This document shows, piece by piece, positions 51,317 through 61,836 of a DNA stretch of 64,000 bases; within the stretch, counting starts at the first letter, position 1, and each line of letters opens with the position of its first letter. The notes below the pieces were generated by a model. It ran no database searches. It worked only from the letters and a program-made list of their open reading frames with translations, and was not told the DNA's origin. The stretch is taken from the NCBI GenBank assembly GCA_963823665.1, contig CAWGMQ010000003.1, forward strand, positions 1,728,001 to 1,792,000, written 5' to 3'. Source of the DNA: an uncultured Planctomycetota bacterium. GTDB taxonomy: Bacteria; Planctomycetota; Planctomycetia; Isosphaerales; Isosphaeraceae. The position numbers and the translations under genes are program-made.

Positions 51317-53035
51317 TCAGTGAGTGCCTTCTCGGCTCTGCAATGAATCGCTGGCCGCGATGAATTCGGAGCGTCGAAACGCCCAGATCAAGGGCACTCC
51401 CGCGTGCGACGAGATGACCGCAGTCGGGCCATGCCGCGCGACGAGTACATGGTCGAGCTCATCCAGAGCACCCGGCCGGTTTTGCAGGATGTACCACTGC
51501 CACTCTCGCGAATCGTAGGGATACGCTCCCGGCAAGAGCTTGCCTGACTTCCGCAAGTGGAAGTACGAGGCTGGTGTGGCAGAGAAGAGGATTGTTCGAC
51601 TCCGGTTCGTGTGCTTGTTGATCCAGCGGAGGCAATCTGGGGTCAATGCGTCCCAGTAATAAGTCGGCTCCATACCCAGTCGTGTCGCACCGGGAAGACC
51701 GCCGACCAAGGGGCTGAAGTAGGAAAGAGGCACTGGCATCGCGAGGAACGTGCTCACGACTCCTTCCGCGAGCGCCAGCAGAGCCGCCGCCTTGGAAAAT
51801 GAGGGCCAACGTTCGATCGCCCAAGCCACGCCTAGACCCGCGACGAGCGCAAGACAACCAAAAGCCGGCAGGAACTGCCGGACGCCATCGTGGCCTGGGG
51901 TATGCGGCAGTGCCCGCAACACCAGAAGGAAAATCCAGTGGATCGTCGCCAGGCTTGCGAGCCGATCCATCTTATGTGCAAGTGTCGCGGCCAGACCCAA
52001 GATGGCCAGCGCGAGGAAACCAATGGGCGTCGCCATGGCCGTCCAGACCAGTGTGTTGTACCATGGAAGTGACCCGTTTGGAGTCTCGTACACGTACCCG
52101 AGAAACTGGGTCGGAATGGGCTGCGTCGAGCCGCGAGTAAGGTTCGACCGAAAGAATCGCTCGACGCCCAAAATCGGATCGCCCCACCAGGGAGGCGTGA
52201 AGATATAAACGGTGACGAGAGCCACTATCCCACCCAGAATGACCGTGATGATCCCGCGCCGATCTCGATGGATCACGGACCAGGCAAGGAAGGGGAGCGG
52301 CAGAAACCATCCGGTGAACTTGGTCCCAGCCGCCCAGCCGGTGAGAACTCCGTACAGGATGACCCACAGCGAGCTTCGCCGGGGTGGGGGCGAACCCGAT
52401 TCACAAGGCAATACGGCGCTCGAAAACGCAAGAATCGCCCCCACCCACAGGCTCGAGAGCAGCGCGTCGTAGTGCGCGTAATGGCCGAGCGCGAACAATT
52501 GTGGCTGAAAGACCCACGCTCCGCTCGCGACCGACGCGGCCCAGAACCCTCGCCGCCTCGCCAGAAAAGCAAAGAGCGCTCCGGCGGTGAGACTGAACGC
52601 AATCATGGTTCCCAACCGCGCTCGAGCGAGTTCCCCCCTTCCCGGTGTCAATAGATCGCCCGCCAGTGCGACGATTGCGTAGAAAGGCGGATGACCGTGC
52701 GGCTCATCACGCGCGAAGGGCCAGAACCAGGCAAGGACGCGCGCCGAAACGAGTTTTGCCCGCGTATCGATCTCGGAAGCACGCGGCGGTCGCACGCTGT
52801 CTTCGACGGCTGGCGCGATCCGCTCTGGTCGCCACTTTGAGGCGGCGACAGCAGGATCGGCAAACGCACGACCCCATGCTCGGATCCTCTCCAACCTGAT
52901 CAGCACCCATCCCTCGTCCCACACGATCGCGAGCACCGGCTCGGTCGCAAGCATCATCATGAAAGTCGCAACAGCGACAAGAATGCCCCCAACCCGCGAC
53001 GACTTCTTGCGATCCAGCGAACCGACAGGACGCAT
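51317..53035 (-). CDS. GT-C glycosyltransferase (GT39/ArnT/PMT-like)
   Basis: Acidic 'WDEG' after TM1; 'HGHPPF', 'HYAHYD', 'TKFTG', 'HDGVRQFLP', 'GMEPTYYWD'. Confidence 0.8.
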   Translation of the reverse strand: MRPVGSLDRKKSSRVGGILVAVATFMMMLATEPVLAIVWDEGWVLIRLERIRAWGRAFADPAVAASKWRPERIAPAVEDSVRPPRASEIDTRAKLVSARVLAWFWPFARDEPHGHPPFYAIVALAGDLLTPGRGELARARLGTMIAFSLTAGALFAFLARRRGFWAASVASGAWVFQPQLFALGHYAHYDALLSSLWVGAILAFSSAVLPCESGSPPPRRSSLWVILYGVLTGWAAGTKFTGWFLPLPFLAWSVIHRDRRGIITVILGGIVALVTVYIFTPPWWGDPILGVERFFRSNLTRGSTQPIPTQFLGYVYETPNGSLPWYNTLVWTAMATPIGFLALAILGLAATLAHKMDRLASLATIHWIFLLVLRALPHTPGHDGVRQFLPAFGCLALVAGLGVAWAIERWPSFSKAAALLALAEGVVSTFLAMPVPLSYFSPLVGGLPGATRLGMEPTYYWDALTPDCLRWINKHTNRSRTILFSATPASYFHLRKSGKLLPGAYPYDSREWQWYILQNRPGALDELDHVLVARHGPTAVISSHAGVPLIWAFRRSEFIAASDSLQSREGTH

Positions 53036-53137
53036 GTCGCCCTCCGAGTCGTTGCCTCCCGTAGATCGCGGACCATGTCCGCCTTCTGCGGAATAAAGAA
53101 ACAGCGTGATTCTATCGAATCGCCAGGCGCACGAATA

Positions 53138-53173
53138 AGCCCGAGCCCAAGTCGCCTGACTTGAGCTCGGGCT
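53138..53173. terminator. intergenic hairpin downstream of DUF1559 gene
   Basis: AGCCCGAGCCCAAGTC-GCCT-GACTTGAGCTCGGGCT (16-bp stem, one mismatch). On the minus strand it is followed by TATT. Confidence 0.55.
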
Positions 53174-53269
53174 GAGTGCGGCCGTAGCAAGTTGCGTTTG
53201 CGGCGCGTCGCGAGGGGAGGCGAGCCACTCGATCGTGATGCGATTCGAGTGGCGGCAACCCTCGGTTAA

Positions 53270-54406
53270 TCAATACTGGTCGGCGGAGAGGACCTCACCA
53301 CCATTGAGTGTGACCAGACCACGAAGCGAGACGACGTTGACCGTGTCTTTCAGGAATCGGACGCTGCCGTCACCCATCAGAATGTTGGCCCCGCTGGGAT
53401 GGAACGACGCGATCTCGTCGTTATTGCCGGCATTATTGCCCTGGGCGATGAACGTGCCTCCTGTCATCCAGGCGTTCAGCTCGTGGTCGGGACGGTACTT
53501 GTTGTTTGGCGAGCCGGAAACGCCATAGCCCTCGTCGGGCTCTGCCCAGCGCCAGTACCGACGGTACAGGCCCGCACCGCCGGCAGGGCCAGGGTCATTG
53601 GGGCTCACCGCCGTCAGGTATGCCGTGGTCGTTGCATAATATATCCCGTTGGACCCGACACCCGTGAAAACGTCTTGCGTATACGGGCTCAGATAACGCG
53701 GATCTCGGCCGGCGTCCTCGGCCATCGCGATCGTGTTGCTCGTACCGTCCGTGATCTCCGCGATTCGGGTCTTGCCCTGCTTGAGCAAGCCGTTGGCTCG
53801 CGAATACTTGTTCCGGTACGGCGTGACGACGGTCGAGCCTGTGCCTCCGGTCAGCCCATTCGGGTCGATGTCCGTGTAAACGGTCGGACCGTAGTCATTG
53901 TAACCGTAGCCGTTCGTCACAATCGAAATACCGCCGTCATTGATATCGGCACCGTCCCGGCCACCGTCCGGGCTGCGAGTCGACGACGGACAGATGAAGG
54001 CAGCCACGACCTGCGAGCTGCCGGTCAAGTTGATGCCCTGCGCATCGTTGTACTCCCAGATACTGAAATTGAGCGCGTTGAACGATGCCCCGCCTTCCAT
54101 GAAGGACAGGAGTCGGGCGAGCGTACTGTAGCCACCGTCGACGAACTGACTGTTGGCAGGCGTGTTCCCGAAATACGTGGACTCACCACCAGTTGGGAAG
54201 CAACCGTTACTGCTCTCGTAATTGTGCAACGCAAGCCCGATCTGCTTCATGTTGTTCGTGCACTGAGCGCGGCGGGCCGCCTCGCGCGCCGATTGCACCG
54301 CCGGCAACAGCAGAGCGATCAAGACGGCAATGATTGCGATCACCACCAACAGCTCGATCAAGGTGAACGCCGGTCGAAGATACGTCGATCTCGTCCGAGA
54401 TCTCAT
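53270..54406 (-). CDS. DUF1559 prepilin-type / H-X9-DG protein (paralogue of 45727-46797)
   Basis: '[17 protein letters not shown]', 'ITDGTSNT', 'HPSGANILMGDGSVRF'. Confidence 0.95.
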   Translation of the reverse strand: MRSRTRSTYLRPAFTLIELLVVIAIIAVLIALLLPAVQSAREAARRAQCTNNMKQIGLALHNYESSNGCFPTGGESTYFGNTPANSQFVDGGYSTLARLLSFMEGGASFNALNFSIWEYNDAQGINLTGSSQVVAAFICPSSTRSPDGGRDGADINDGGISIVTNGYGYNDYGPTVYTDIDPNGLTGGTGSTVVTPYRNKYSRANGLLKQGKTRIAEITDGTSNTIAMAEDAGRDPRYLSPYTQDVFTGVGSNGIYYATTTAYLTAVSPNDPGPAGGAGLYRRYWRWAEPDEGYGVSGSPNNKYRPDHELNAWMTGGTFIAQGNNAGNNDEIASFHPSGANILMGDGSVRFLKDTVNVVSLRGLVTLNGGEVLSADQY

Positions 54407-54573
54407 GGGTCAAAGTCTCCTTGGAAGGAACACGGGGAATGAGAAGCAAGGCATTGAAACACGCTGGAACACACGGTTGATCTGTCGCCTTTCGCTCCGC
54501 GAAAGTGCGTCTTACCACCAGGATCAGGCGTCCTTGCCCGCTCTCGACTCCGCCACAATGCGAGTCGTTTAAC

Positions 54574-55072
54574 TCATCGGCCGCCACGACGATCGTCGCC
54601 GCCGCCTTCTGCTTTTTTCGTGGGAGTCAATTTGAGCTCGAAGTTGTTCTTCGCTTCGTCGCTCGTGACAGTGGCCGTCAGCTCGGAAGTGTCCTCGTCG
54701 AGAAACTGGTCGGCAAACGGATTATTCGCTTTGCCTTTCTTGCCGCCGGACCCCGAGCCGCCCTCGAATGCGCACCTTGTAGTCGCCCTCCGGCAAACCA
54801 TCGCCCGACGCTGATTTGAACGTGAAGCTCCCATCACTCTCGATTGTCGCCGGAGAGGTGACCATCATTTTGCTTCCGACAAACACGACCTGGCCTGAAC
54901 TCAGAGGCTTGCCGTCGGGCAGCAGCACCTTTCCCTTGACCGGATACAACTTCGCCCCGGAGAGAGGGTTAGGTTCACCGCAGCCTCCGACCGCCAAGGC
55001 GAGCCCCGCCGCCATCACCCAGGCGACGCGAATCAACCCACTTCGCGCGGCCCAACCGGAAGTACATGTCAT
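54574..55072 (-). CDS. carboxypeptidase-regulatory-like domain lipoprotein (frameshift near 54770)
   Basis: Lipobox 'VGGC'; 'YPVKGKVLLPDGKPLSSG', 'DGLPEGDYKVRI'; continues in another frame as '..PFADQFLDEDTSEL'. Confidence 0.8.
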
Positions 55073-55420
55073 CGTTGCTCATTCGATCCTGAATTATTGC
55101 GATCCTGCCGGAAGCTCACTCGAGCCCCAGACCTTGCGCGACCGCGCTTGCTCCAGATAAGTCAGAGTGCAGAATTTTATAAAGAGGGATCGTGCCCTCG
55201 CGTGATAATTTCGTGAAGACGACCAGATTCGCCCGACCAAGCGCGTCACGAAATCAATTGCTGGAACTATAGGGACCCCATCAACCCCGAAAGCGAAGTT
55301 TATGTGAAATTATCATTCAGAAATAGCGAAGCTTGCCGATCCAACTCAGCGCGCGGCGCGGTTGGGCCAATTCAACCAACTCGCCGGGGAAGCGCGGAAC
55401 GTGACTCGGGGACCGCGCAC

Positions 55421-58400
55421 TCACACTTCATCCGCCAGCTCGAGAAGTGAGTCATCGAGGTCGGCATCGCTGTCGGTAGCCACGGTAGCCGGATCGGGCG
55501 TGGGTGTCATCGCCCGCGGACGAGCGGGCGGCGAATCTCCGCCGTCCAGGCGTGCCGTAACTCCGTTCTGGCCGCGCAGGCGAACGTTCCCCGGTCCGAC
55601 AACGGCTTCCAGATCGACGATCAAGCGGTCGTCGTAACGGATCGCCAGTGAAGGACCGGCCCGATAAATCGCGCGGCGCACATGCTCGAGCCCCACGAGC
55701 TCCAGGTAGAGGTCGAGGTTGCCCGGCCTGACTCGGACGAGCCGAAGCAATCGCTCGAGGTGCTCGGTCTGGTGGATTCCCTTGTGCAGCCGCACCACGA
55801 CGCCGCACGCCAGCTCGGCCGGGCCCTGCGCCAGCGGAATGATCTTGCTGATGACCAGCTCGGCCGGATCACGCTGGCGGTTGAGCGCTCCCTTCACGAA
55901 CACGATCTGATCGTCCTTGACCAGTTCCGCCATCTTGGCAAATTCTTCGGGCCAGAGCATGGCCGGCGTGGTTCCGCTCAAATCCTCGAACGTCAGTTTC
56001 GCCATCCGGGTAAGCCCCGACCGGCTCTTCTTCACGTTGGTTTCCTTGACGCTGGTGATCATTCCGCCCAGCACGACTTCGGTCTTCTCGGGGATCGACG
56101 GCAACTGCGCCGCGCGGTGGCTGGCCAGCGCCTGAAGCAGCCCGGCGTGCCTCGTGAGCGGGTGGCTCGAGAGATAGAAGCCCAGCGCTTTCTTTTCGCC
56201 GGCGAGCAAGTCGGCGTCGCACATCTCGGCGACGTCAGGGAGTGCGTTCATCGCGGGCACATGGCCATTTCCGCCATTCAAGTGCGGCGACAGATCTTTC
56301 GTCTCGATATCGTCGAAGAGCCCGAGCTGTCCCCGGCGGCGATCGTCCTGTTTCGACTGGCCGGCCTGAATCGCTCGCGGCAGCACACAGAGAAGCTGAC
56401 TGCGCAGCAGGTTGGGTCGCCGCTCATCGAGACAGTCGAAGGCACCGGCCCGGATGAGCGTCTCGACGCATCCGGCCCCTACTTCCTTGGTCGGAATGCG
56501 TTCAAAGAAGTCGTCCAGACTCCGGAACGGCCCCTTCTGCTCTCTCGCCTTAACAATTGCCTCGACGGCCTTGAACCCGACGCCCTTGATCGCCCCCAGA
56601 CCAAAATGGATCGACCCGACGCCAGCCACCCGGAAGTCGAGATTGCCCTCGTTGATGTTCGGCTTCTGCACCTCGATCCCGAGCCGCCGGCAATCCTCGA
56701 CGTGCTCGATCAAGAACTTGTCGCGCTCGGCGCCGTCCATCTCCGAGGAAAGCACGGCGGCCATGTACTCGGTCGGAAAATGCGCTTTGAGATACGCCGT
56801 CTGAAATGCCACGAGGGCGTAGGCCGTGCTGTGCGACTTGTTGAATCCATAGCCGCCGAAGTGCACGATCAAGTCGAAGATCTTGGCCGCCTGGTCGCGC
56901 TCCAGCCCCTGCTCCATCGACCCCTTCAGGAACTCGTCGCGACTCTTTGCAATCAGCTCGCCCTTCTTCTTCGAGATGGCCTTGATCGTGCCGTACGCCT
57001 GTGAAAGCTCGATGCCTCCCAGGCGGTTCAAGATCCGCATCACCTGCTCTTGGTAGACCATCACCCCGTACGTTTCCTCGAGAATCTCCTTGAGGACCGG
57101 ATGCAGGTAGGTCGCCCGTTTACGGTTGTTCTTGACATCGACATATTCATCGACCATGCCTCCGTTCAAGGGGCCGGGGCGATAAAGCGCGTTGGTCGCG
57201 ATGATGTCCGCAAACCGGTCCGGCTTCATCTTGATCAGCAGATCGCGAATCCCGGACGACTCGAGCTGGAACACGCCCTTGGATTCACCGCGCTGCAACA
57301 GCTCGAACGTCTGGGCGTCATCGAGCGGAATCGTGTCGATGTCGATCGGCGAGGAGGGGTGCCGCTCATTGATGCGCTTGACGGCGACTTCAAGCGTCGT
57401 CAGGTTCCGAAGACCGAGGAAGTCCATCTTGAGCAGGCCGGCCTTTTCGATATCGCCCATCTCCCACTGGGTCGTTACCACTTCCTTGGCCTTGTCTTTG
57501 TTGGGTAGCTTTTGAAGCGGTACCAGCTCCTCGAGCGGCCGGTCGGCGATCACCACGCCGGCCGCGTGCGTGCCGACGTTGCGGTTCATCCCCTCGATCC
57601 GGCGAGCAAAATCGAGCAGCTTCTCGACCTCGGGGTCTTCGTCGGCCATTCGCCGCAGCGCTGGCTCCTCCTTGATCGCTTCGGCGATCGTGATGTTCAA
57701 CCGATTCGGCACAAGCTTGTTGATCATCTCGACTCGGCCCAGTGGAATGTTCAGCGCCCGACCGACGTCCTTGATCGCCGCCTTTGTCTTGAGCGTGCCG
57801 AACGTGCCGATCTGAGCGACGTTGGCATCGCCATACTTCTTCCGCACGTAGTCGATCACCTCGTAGCGACGGTCCTGGCACAGGTCGATATCGATGTCCG
57901 GCGCCTCCGACCGCTTCGGGTCGAGGAACCGCTCGAACAAGAGGTCGTACTTGATCGGGCAGACGTGGCTGATCTGAAGCAAGTAGGAGACCAGCGCGCC
58001 GCAGGCCGAGCCTCGCGCCGAAGCCGGAATGCCGCGCTCTCGTGCGTACCGGACGAAGTCCCAGACGATCAGGAAGTACGACGCAAACCCCATCCCGTTG
58101 ATCACCGAAAGCTCGTGGTCCAGACGTTCCCGCGCCCCTTCCGGCGGGCTCTCGCCGTAGCGAAGTGCCAGACCCGCCTCGCACAGCTCGCGGAGGTAGC
58201 CCTCGGGTGTCTTCTGGTCCGGCGCCGTGAATGAGGGGAAACAACGGCGCCCAAATCCGAGACTCTCGTAATGCGGCTCGACCATGCCGGCAATCCGGGC
58301 CGAAGTAGCCAGCGCCTCGGCGTGGTCGGGCATCGCCGCATACATCTCTTCCGGGCTGCGAATGTAGAACTCCTCGGTGTCGAACCTCATCCGGCTCGGG

Positions 58401-59110
58401 TCATCGACGGTCTTACCGGTGTGAATGCACAAGAGCACGTCGTGCGCGGCTGCGTCTTCCCGAGTGAGATAGTGGGCGTCGCTCGTGGCGACGAGCGGAA
58501 GACCCATTCGCCTGGCAATGTCGATCGCGCCTGTGGCGCATTCCTTCTGAATTCCAACCCCGTTGTCCTGGATCTCGATGTAGAAATTCTCTTCGCCGAA
58601 GACCTTCTGATACCAGGCGCAGAGCCCCTCGGCCTCGGCGATCTTCCCGTGCAGAATGTAATCGGAAAACTCGGCCGACGCGCATCCGGAAAGGCAGATG
58701 AGGCCCTGCGAGTGCCGCTCGAGAATCTCCTTGTCGATCCGAGGCTTGTAGTAGAAGCCCTCGAGAAACGAGAGCGACGAGAGCCGCATCAAGTTTCGGA
58801 ATCCGGTCGCGTCACGCGCAAGCAGCGTCAAGTGAAAGGCGTGCTCCTGCCCGGAGACACCCCCCCCGCCCCGCTCGGCTCGATGCCCCGGTGCCACGTA
58901 GGCCTCTAGCCCGATGATCGGTATGATCCCGCCGGCCTTTGCCTCGCGCAGCAGCTCGACTGCACCGTACAGATTGCCGTGATCCGTGAGCGCGATCGCC
59001 GGCATTCCAAGCAGCTTGGCACGCTCGATCAGATCCGGAATCTTGCTCGCGCCGTCAAGTAGACTGTAGTGGCTGTGGCAATGAAGGTGCACGAATGGAG
59101 GGGTGGACAT
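55421..59110 (-). CDS. dnaE: DNA polymerase III alpha subunit
   Basis: PHP 'FVHLHCHSHYSLLDGA', 'TDHGN'; 'RGSACG', 'PDIDID', 'KMDFLGL', 'YGFNKSHS'. No intein seen. Confidence 0.98.
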   Translation of the reverse strand: MSTPPFVHLHCHSHYSLLDGASKIPDLIERAKLLGMPAIALTDHGNLYGAVELLREAKAGGIIPIIGLEAYVAPGHRAERGGGGVSGQEHAFHLTLLARDATGFRNLMRLSSLSFLEGFYYKPRIDKEILERHSQGLICLSGCASAEFSDYILHGKIAEAEGLCAWYQKVFGEENFYIEIQDNGVGIQKECATGAIDIARRMGLPLVATSDAHYLTREDAAAHDVLLCIHTGKTVDDPSRMRFDTEEFYIRSPEEMYAAMPDHAEALATSARIAGMVEPHYESLGFGRRCFPSFTAPDQKTPEGYLRELCEAGLALRYGESPPEGARERLDHELSVINGMGFASYFLIVWDFVRYARERGIPASARGSACGALVSYLLQISHVCPIKYDLLFERFLDPKRSEAPDIDIDLCQDRRYEVIDYVRKKYGDANVAQIGTFGTLKTKAAIKDVGRALNIPLGRVEMINKLVPNRLNITIAEAIKEEPALRRMADEDPEVEKLLDFARRIEGMNRNVGTHAAGVVIADRPLEELVPLQKLPNKDKAKEVVTTQWEMGDIEKAGLLKMDFLGLRNLTTLEVAVKRINERHPSSPIDIDTIPLDDAQTFELLQRGESKGVFQLESSGIRDLLIKMKPDRFADIIATNALYRPGPLNGGMVDEYVDVKNNRKRATYLHPVLKEILEETYGVMVYQEQVMRILNRLGGIELSQAYGTIKAISKKKGELIAKSRDEFLKGSMEQGLERDQAAKIFDLIVHFGGYGFNKSHSTAYALVAFQTAYLKAHFPTEYMAAVLSSEMDGAERDKFLIEHVEDCRRLGIEVQKPNINEGNLDFRVAGVGSIHFGLGAIKGVGFKAVEAIVKAREQKGPFRSLDDFFERIPTKEVGAGCVETLIRAGAFDCLDERRPNLLRSQLLCVLPRAIQAGQSKQDDRRRGQLGLFDDIETKDLSPHLNGGNGHVPAMNALPDVAEMCDADLLAGEKKALGFYLSSHPLTRHAGLLQALASHRAAQLPSIPEKTEVVLGGMITSVKETNVKKSRSGLTRMAKLTFEDLSGTTPAMLWPEEFAKMAELVKDDQIVFVKGALNRQRDPAELVISKIIPLAQGPAELACGVVVRLHKGIHQTEHLERLLRLVRVRPGNLDLYLELVGLEHVRRAIYRAGPSLAIRYDDRLIVDLEAVVGPGNVRLRGQNGVTARLDGGDSPPARPRAMTPTPDPATVATDSDADLDDSLLELADEV

Positions 59111-59394
59111 CGTGATGTCACTCGTGTTCTGGCCGCTCAAGCACCGCGGGCCAACTGCGGGGGACTCGGGTCCATCCCAACGTCCCCGTCGCGTACCGCG
59201 CTTCCGTACGCGCGGCGGCGCGAGCGAGGAGCGCAGTTTAACATATTCGAGCCGGCTCGCCGACGATCTACCGCCGGCGGAGACCGGAAAGAAATCGTCG
59301 AGTCGACGTGGGCTGCGCCGGCGCGTGCCGGAAGCCGGCACGCTCGATCAGCTTACGAGCGCAACGCCGTTGGGAGTGAGTTCAAGCGCGACGC

Positions 59395-59679
59395 TCACAC
59401 GCCGACCAGTTCTCCCCGCTCTTCCTTGATTTCGACGGTCCCGGAGGATGATTCCAGGCCCCGTACGAGTGCGCCAAGCTGCAATGCAAGCAACCGGTCT
59501 TCCGAACCTGGGTTGCGGATGATGTCCAGGAAGTCTTCGGCGCCGATCAGAACCGCCTTGGGCTTGCCATGGATGGTCAGAACGAATCGGGCTCCGGGTT
59601 TTTCGAGTGTCTCGAGGACCTTGGGAAGGTCTCGGTGAAGCGCGCGACTACCAATGAAGCGAACGCGAGACTGCGGCAT
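59395..59679 (-). CDS. Phd/YefM-like antitoxin-fold protein
   Basis: 'SRALHRDLPKVLETL...FVLTIHGKPKAVLI'; GAGGA RBS. Confidence 0.75.
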   Translation of the reverse strand: MPQSRVRFIGSRALHRDLPKVLETLEKPGARFVLTIHGKPKAVLIGAEDFLDIIRNPGSEDRLLALQLGALVRGLESSSGTVEIKEERGELVGV

Positions 59680-59790
59680 CGATTCCTCGGGGCCAAGATC
59701 GGCCCAGAACATGAAAGTTGGAGGCGAACAGACAGGAGCCGCCTCACGATACGATGGGCATAGACAAATTAGCCAACTCGTTGCATGGCG

Positions 59791-61784
59791 TCAACGGCTG
59801 TCGTCGTGGAATTGGCTCTCATCCGCCGGGCATGGCCTTCTGTCTTGCGGCTCTCCATCCTTGGCCGCGGCTTTCACAGCCGGCTCGCGCGGTGCGGACT
59901 CGCCGGAGGGTGCCGATTCCGCTTCTTCCTTTGGTTCCGGCTGAGCATTCTTGTCTCTGGGCTCGCCGGCGGTCTTCGACGGGGCCGCCGATTCGGGCTC
60001 TGCCGATGGCGCAACTGATGCCGGCGCGTTACCGGTGCCAATCGCGTCGCTCTTGGGCGCAGGCGATGGGAAAATGTCTGCGAGGTCCGTGTACTTGCCG
60101 AATTGTTCAATGAGCTTGCGGCGGATCGTGTCCCCCTCGACGGGGCGTCCGGCGTGGTCGGCTGCGTCGGCCATGCCGATCTGCTTCTCGACGTATTCGC
60201 GGCGGTCCCTGATAGCCTTTTGAAGCTGTTCCACGCGCCGCAGGGCCAGCAGATACCATTGCCGCTCCTCGGAATCTTCCTGCGGCAGCGGCTTGGCGGC
60301 TTCCTCGAGCGCGCTCGCCATTCCCTGCCATTGCGCCACGGCCGCCAGGTCGTCGCCTCGCTCGGATGCGGCAGTGGCAACCCCGTTGGTCACGACGAAC
60401 TTACGCTCGGCGTCGGTCGACGGCCTTGTCAGGCTGATGTTCAGGCCGCTCGCCAGGTTCGCGCCGCGATTCTCGGCGTCCTCGAGCAAGATCTTGTCGC
60501 GCCACTCGCGCAGTTTTTCCTTGTAGGGATGATCCGGGAATCGCTCGTCAAGCTCCTTCATGTACTCGTTGTGCGCCGTTCGCCAGTCGGAGCGCCGCGA
60601 CGAAGTCATCAGCGTCTCGGCCTGACGATACAAATAGGCGGCATCAGGCGGCCAGACCTTGTAGGCGATGAACGCCCCGATGGCGAGGAGGGCTCCGACC
60701 AAGAGACCGGTTTCGAGCGCCGAGCGGCTGAGCCAGAAGGAGCGGCCATCGGTTTCCGTGCGGTCCGCTCCGGAAACGCCGGAGAGCATCCGTGTCTTGC
60801 GCGTCTTTTTCTTGCGAGCGGAAGTGCTGGGCGAGTCGCCCGCCAGGCTGCTCTCGGCAGCAGCCGCGGCCCCTTTGGAACCTCCCTTCGCCGGTTTCTG
60901 CCCGGGGGTTTGGTTCGGCCAGACCATTGCGATTTTCGCGCCGTGTTGACTTTCTCCCGCAGCTCGCTGAGCTTCATGCCGACGACCGCGGCATCCCACG
61001 GCCGGTCAGTCGGCGACTTCGCCATGAGGTTGACAATCAACTCGTCGAGCACCTTGGGAATTTCTTGAACGCGGGCACTGGGCCGCGGCGGCTGCTCGTT
61101 CAGGTGGCTGTGCATCAGGACGACCGGCGTGCTTCCCTCAAACGGGGGCTTCCCCACGAGCAACTGGTAAAGGACCACCCCGAGCGCGTAAAGGTCTGTC
61201 TTGTGGCTCACCGGGGGAGTTCCCCTGATCTGCTCGGGTGCCATGTAAGCAGCCGTTCCCAGCGTGCGGCCGGTTCCGGTGAGCTGGGTCGCATCCAGGT
61301 CCTTGGCGATCCCGAAATCGGTGAGCTTGACCTTGCCATCGGGTGTGAGCATCAAGTTCGAAGGCTTCAAATCCCGGTGCACCACGCCGTTCTGGTGCGC
61401 ATACTGGAGCGCATCGCAGATCTGGATACCCAGGTCCACCACCTCGAGCCACGGAAGACCGCCGGTCTCGACGATGGACTTCTCGAGCGTCGAGCCGTCG
61501 ACGAATTCCATCGCCAGATACGACGTACCCCGAAAGCGGCCGACCGCCAGGAATCGCACGATGTTCGCGTGGCGGAATTGCTGAAGGATTTCCGCCTCGC
61601 GCTCGAACCGATCGCGGATCTTCCCTCCCTGGGCATATTCGGCGCTGACCACTTTCACCGCGGCCACGCGCCCTGTCTTTTCGTTCGTGGCCCGATACAC
61701 CACACCCATCGCGCCGGAGCCCACGACGGACTCGATCCGGAACGACCCGAGCTTCTCGCCCACCAAACTTTGAGCCTGGCTCAT
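59791..61784 (-). CDS. membrane Ser/Thr protein kinase (frameshift near 60945)
   Basis: 'GSGAMGVVY', 'HRDLKPSN', 'DFGIAK', 'GTAAYMAPEQ'; TM 'LLVGALLAIGAFIAYKVWPP' and helical ectodomain in ORF 59791-60999. Confidence 0.9.
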
Positions 61785-61836
61785 ATTCGAGAGCTTCCCG
61801 CGGAGCTCGTGGCACGACGTGCGGAGGCGGATTCAC

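Noticed and set aside
36005..54406. Diversity-generating retroelement acting on DUF1559 genes
   Set aside because: No reverse transcriptase and no near-identical template/variable repeat pair differing at adenines. Similarity is ordinary paralogy.
55421..59341. Intein, split or N-terminally extended DnaE
   Set aside because: Polymerase motifs are contiguous. The 77-codon extension upstream of 59110 is low-complexity and precedes the normal PHP start.
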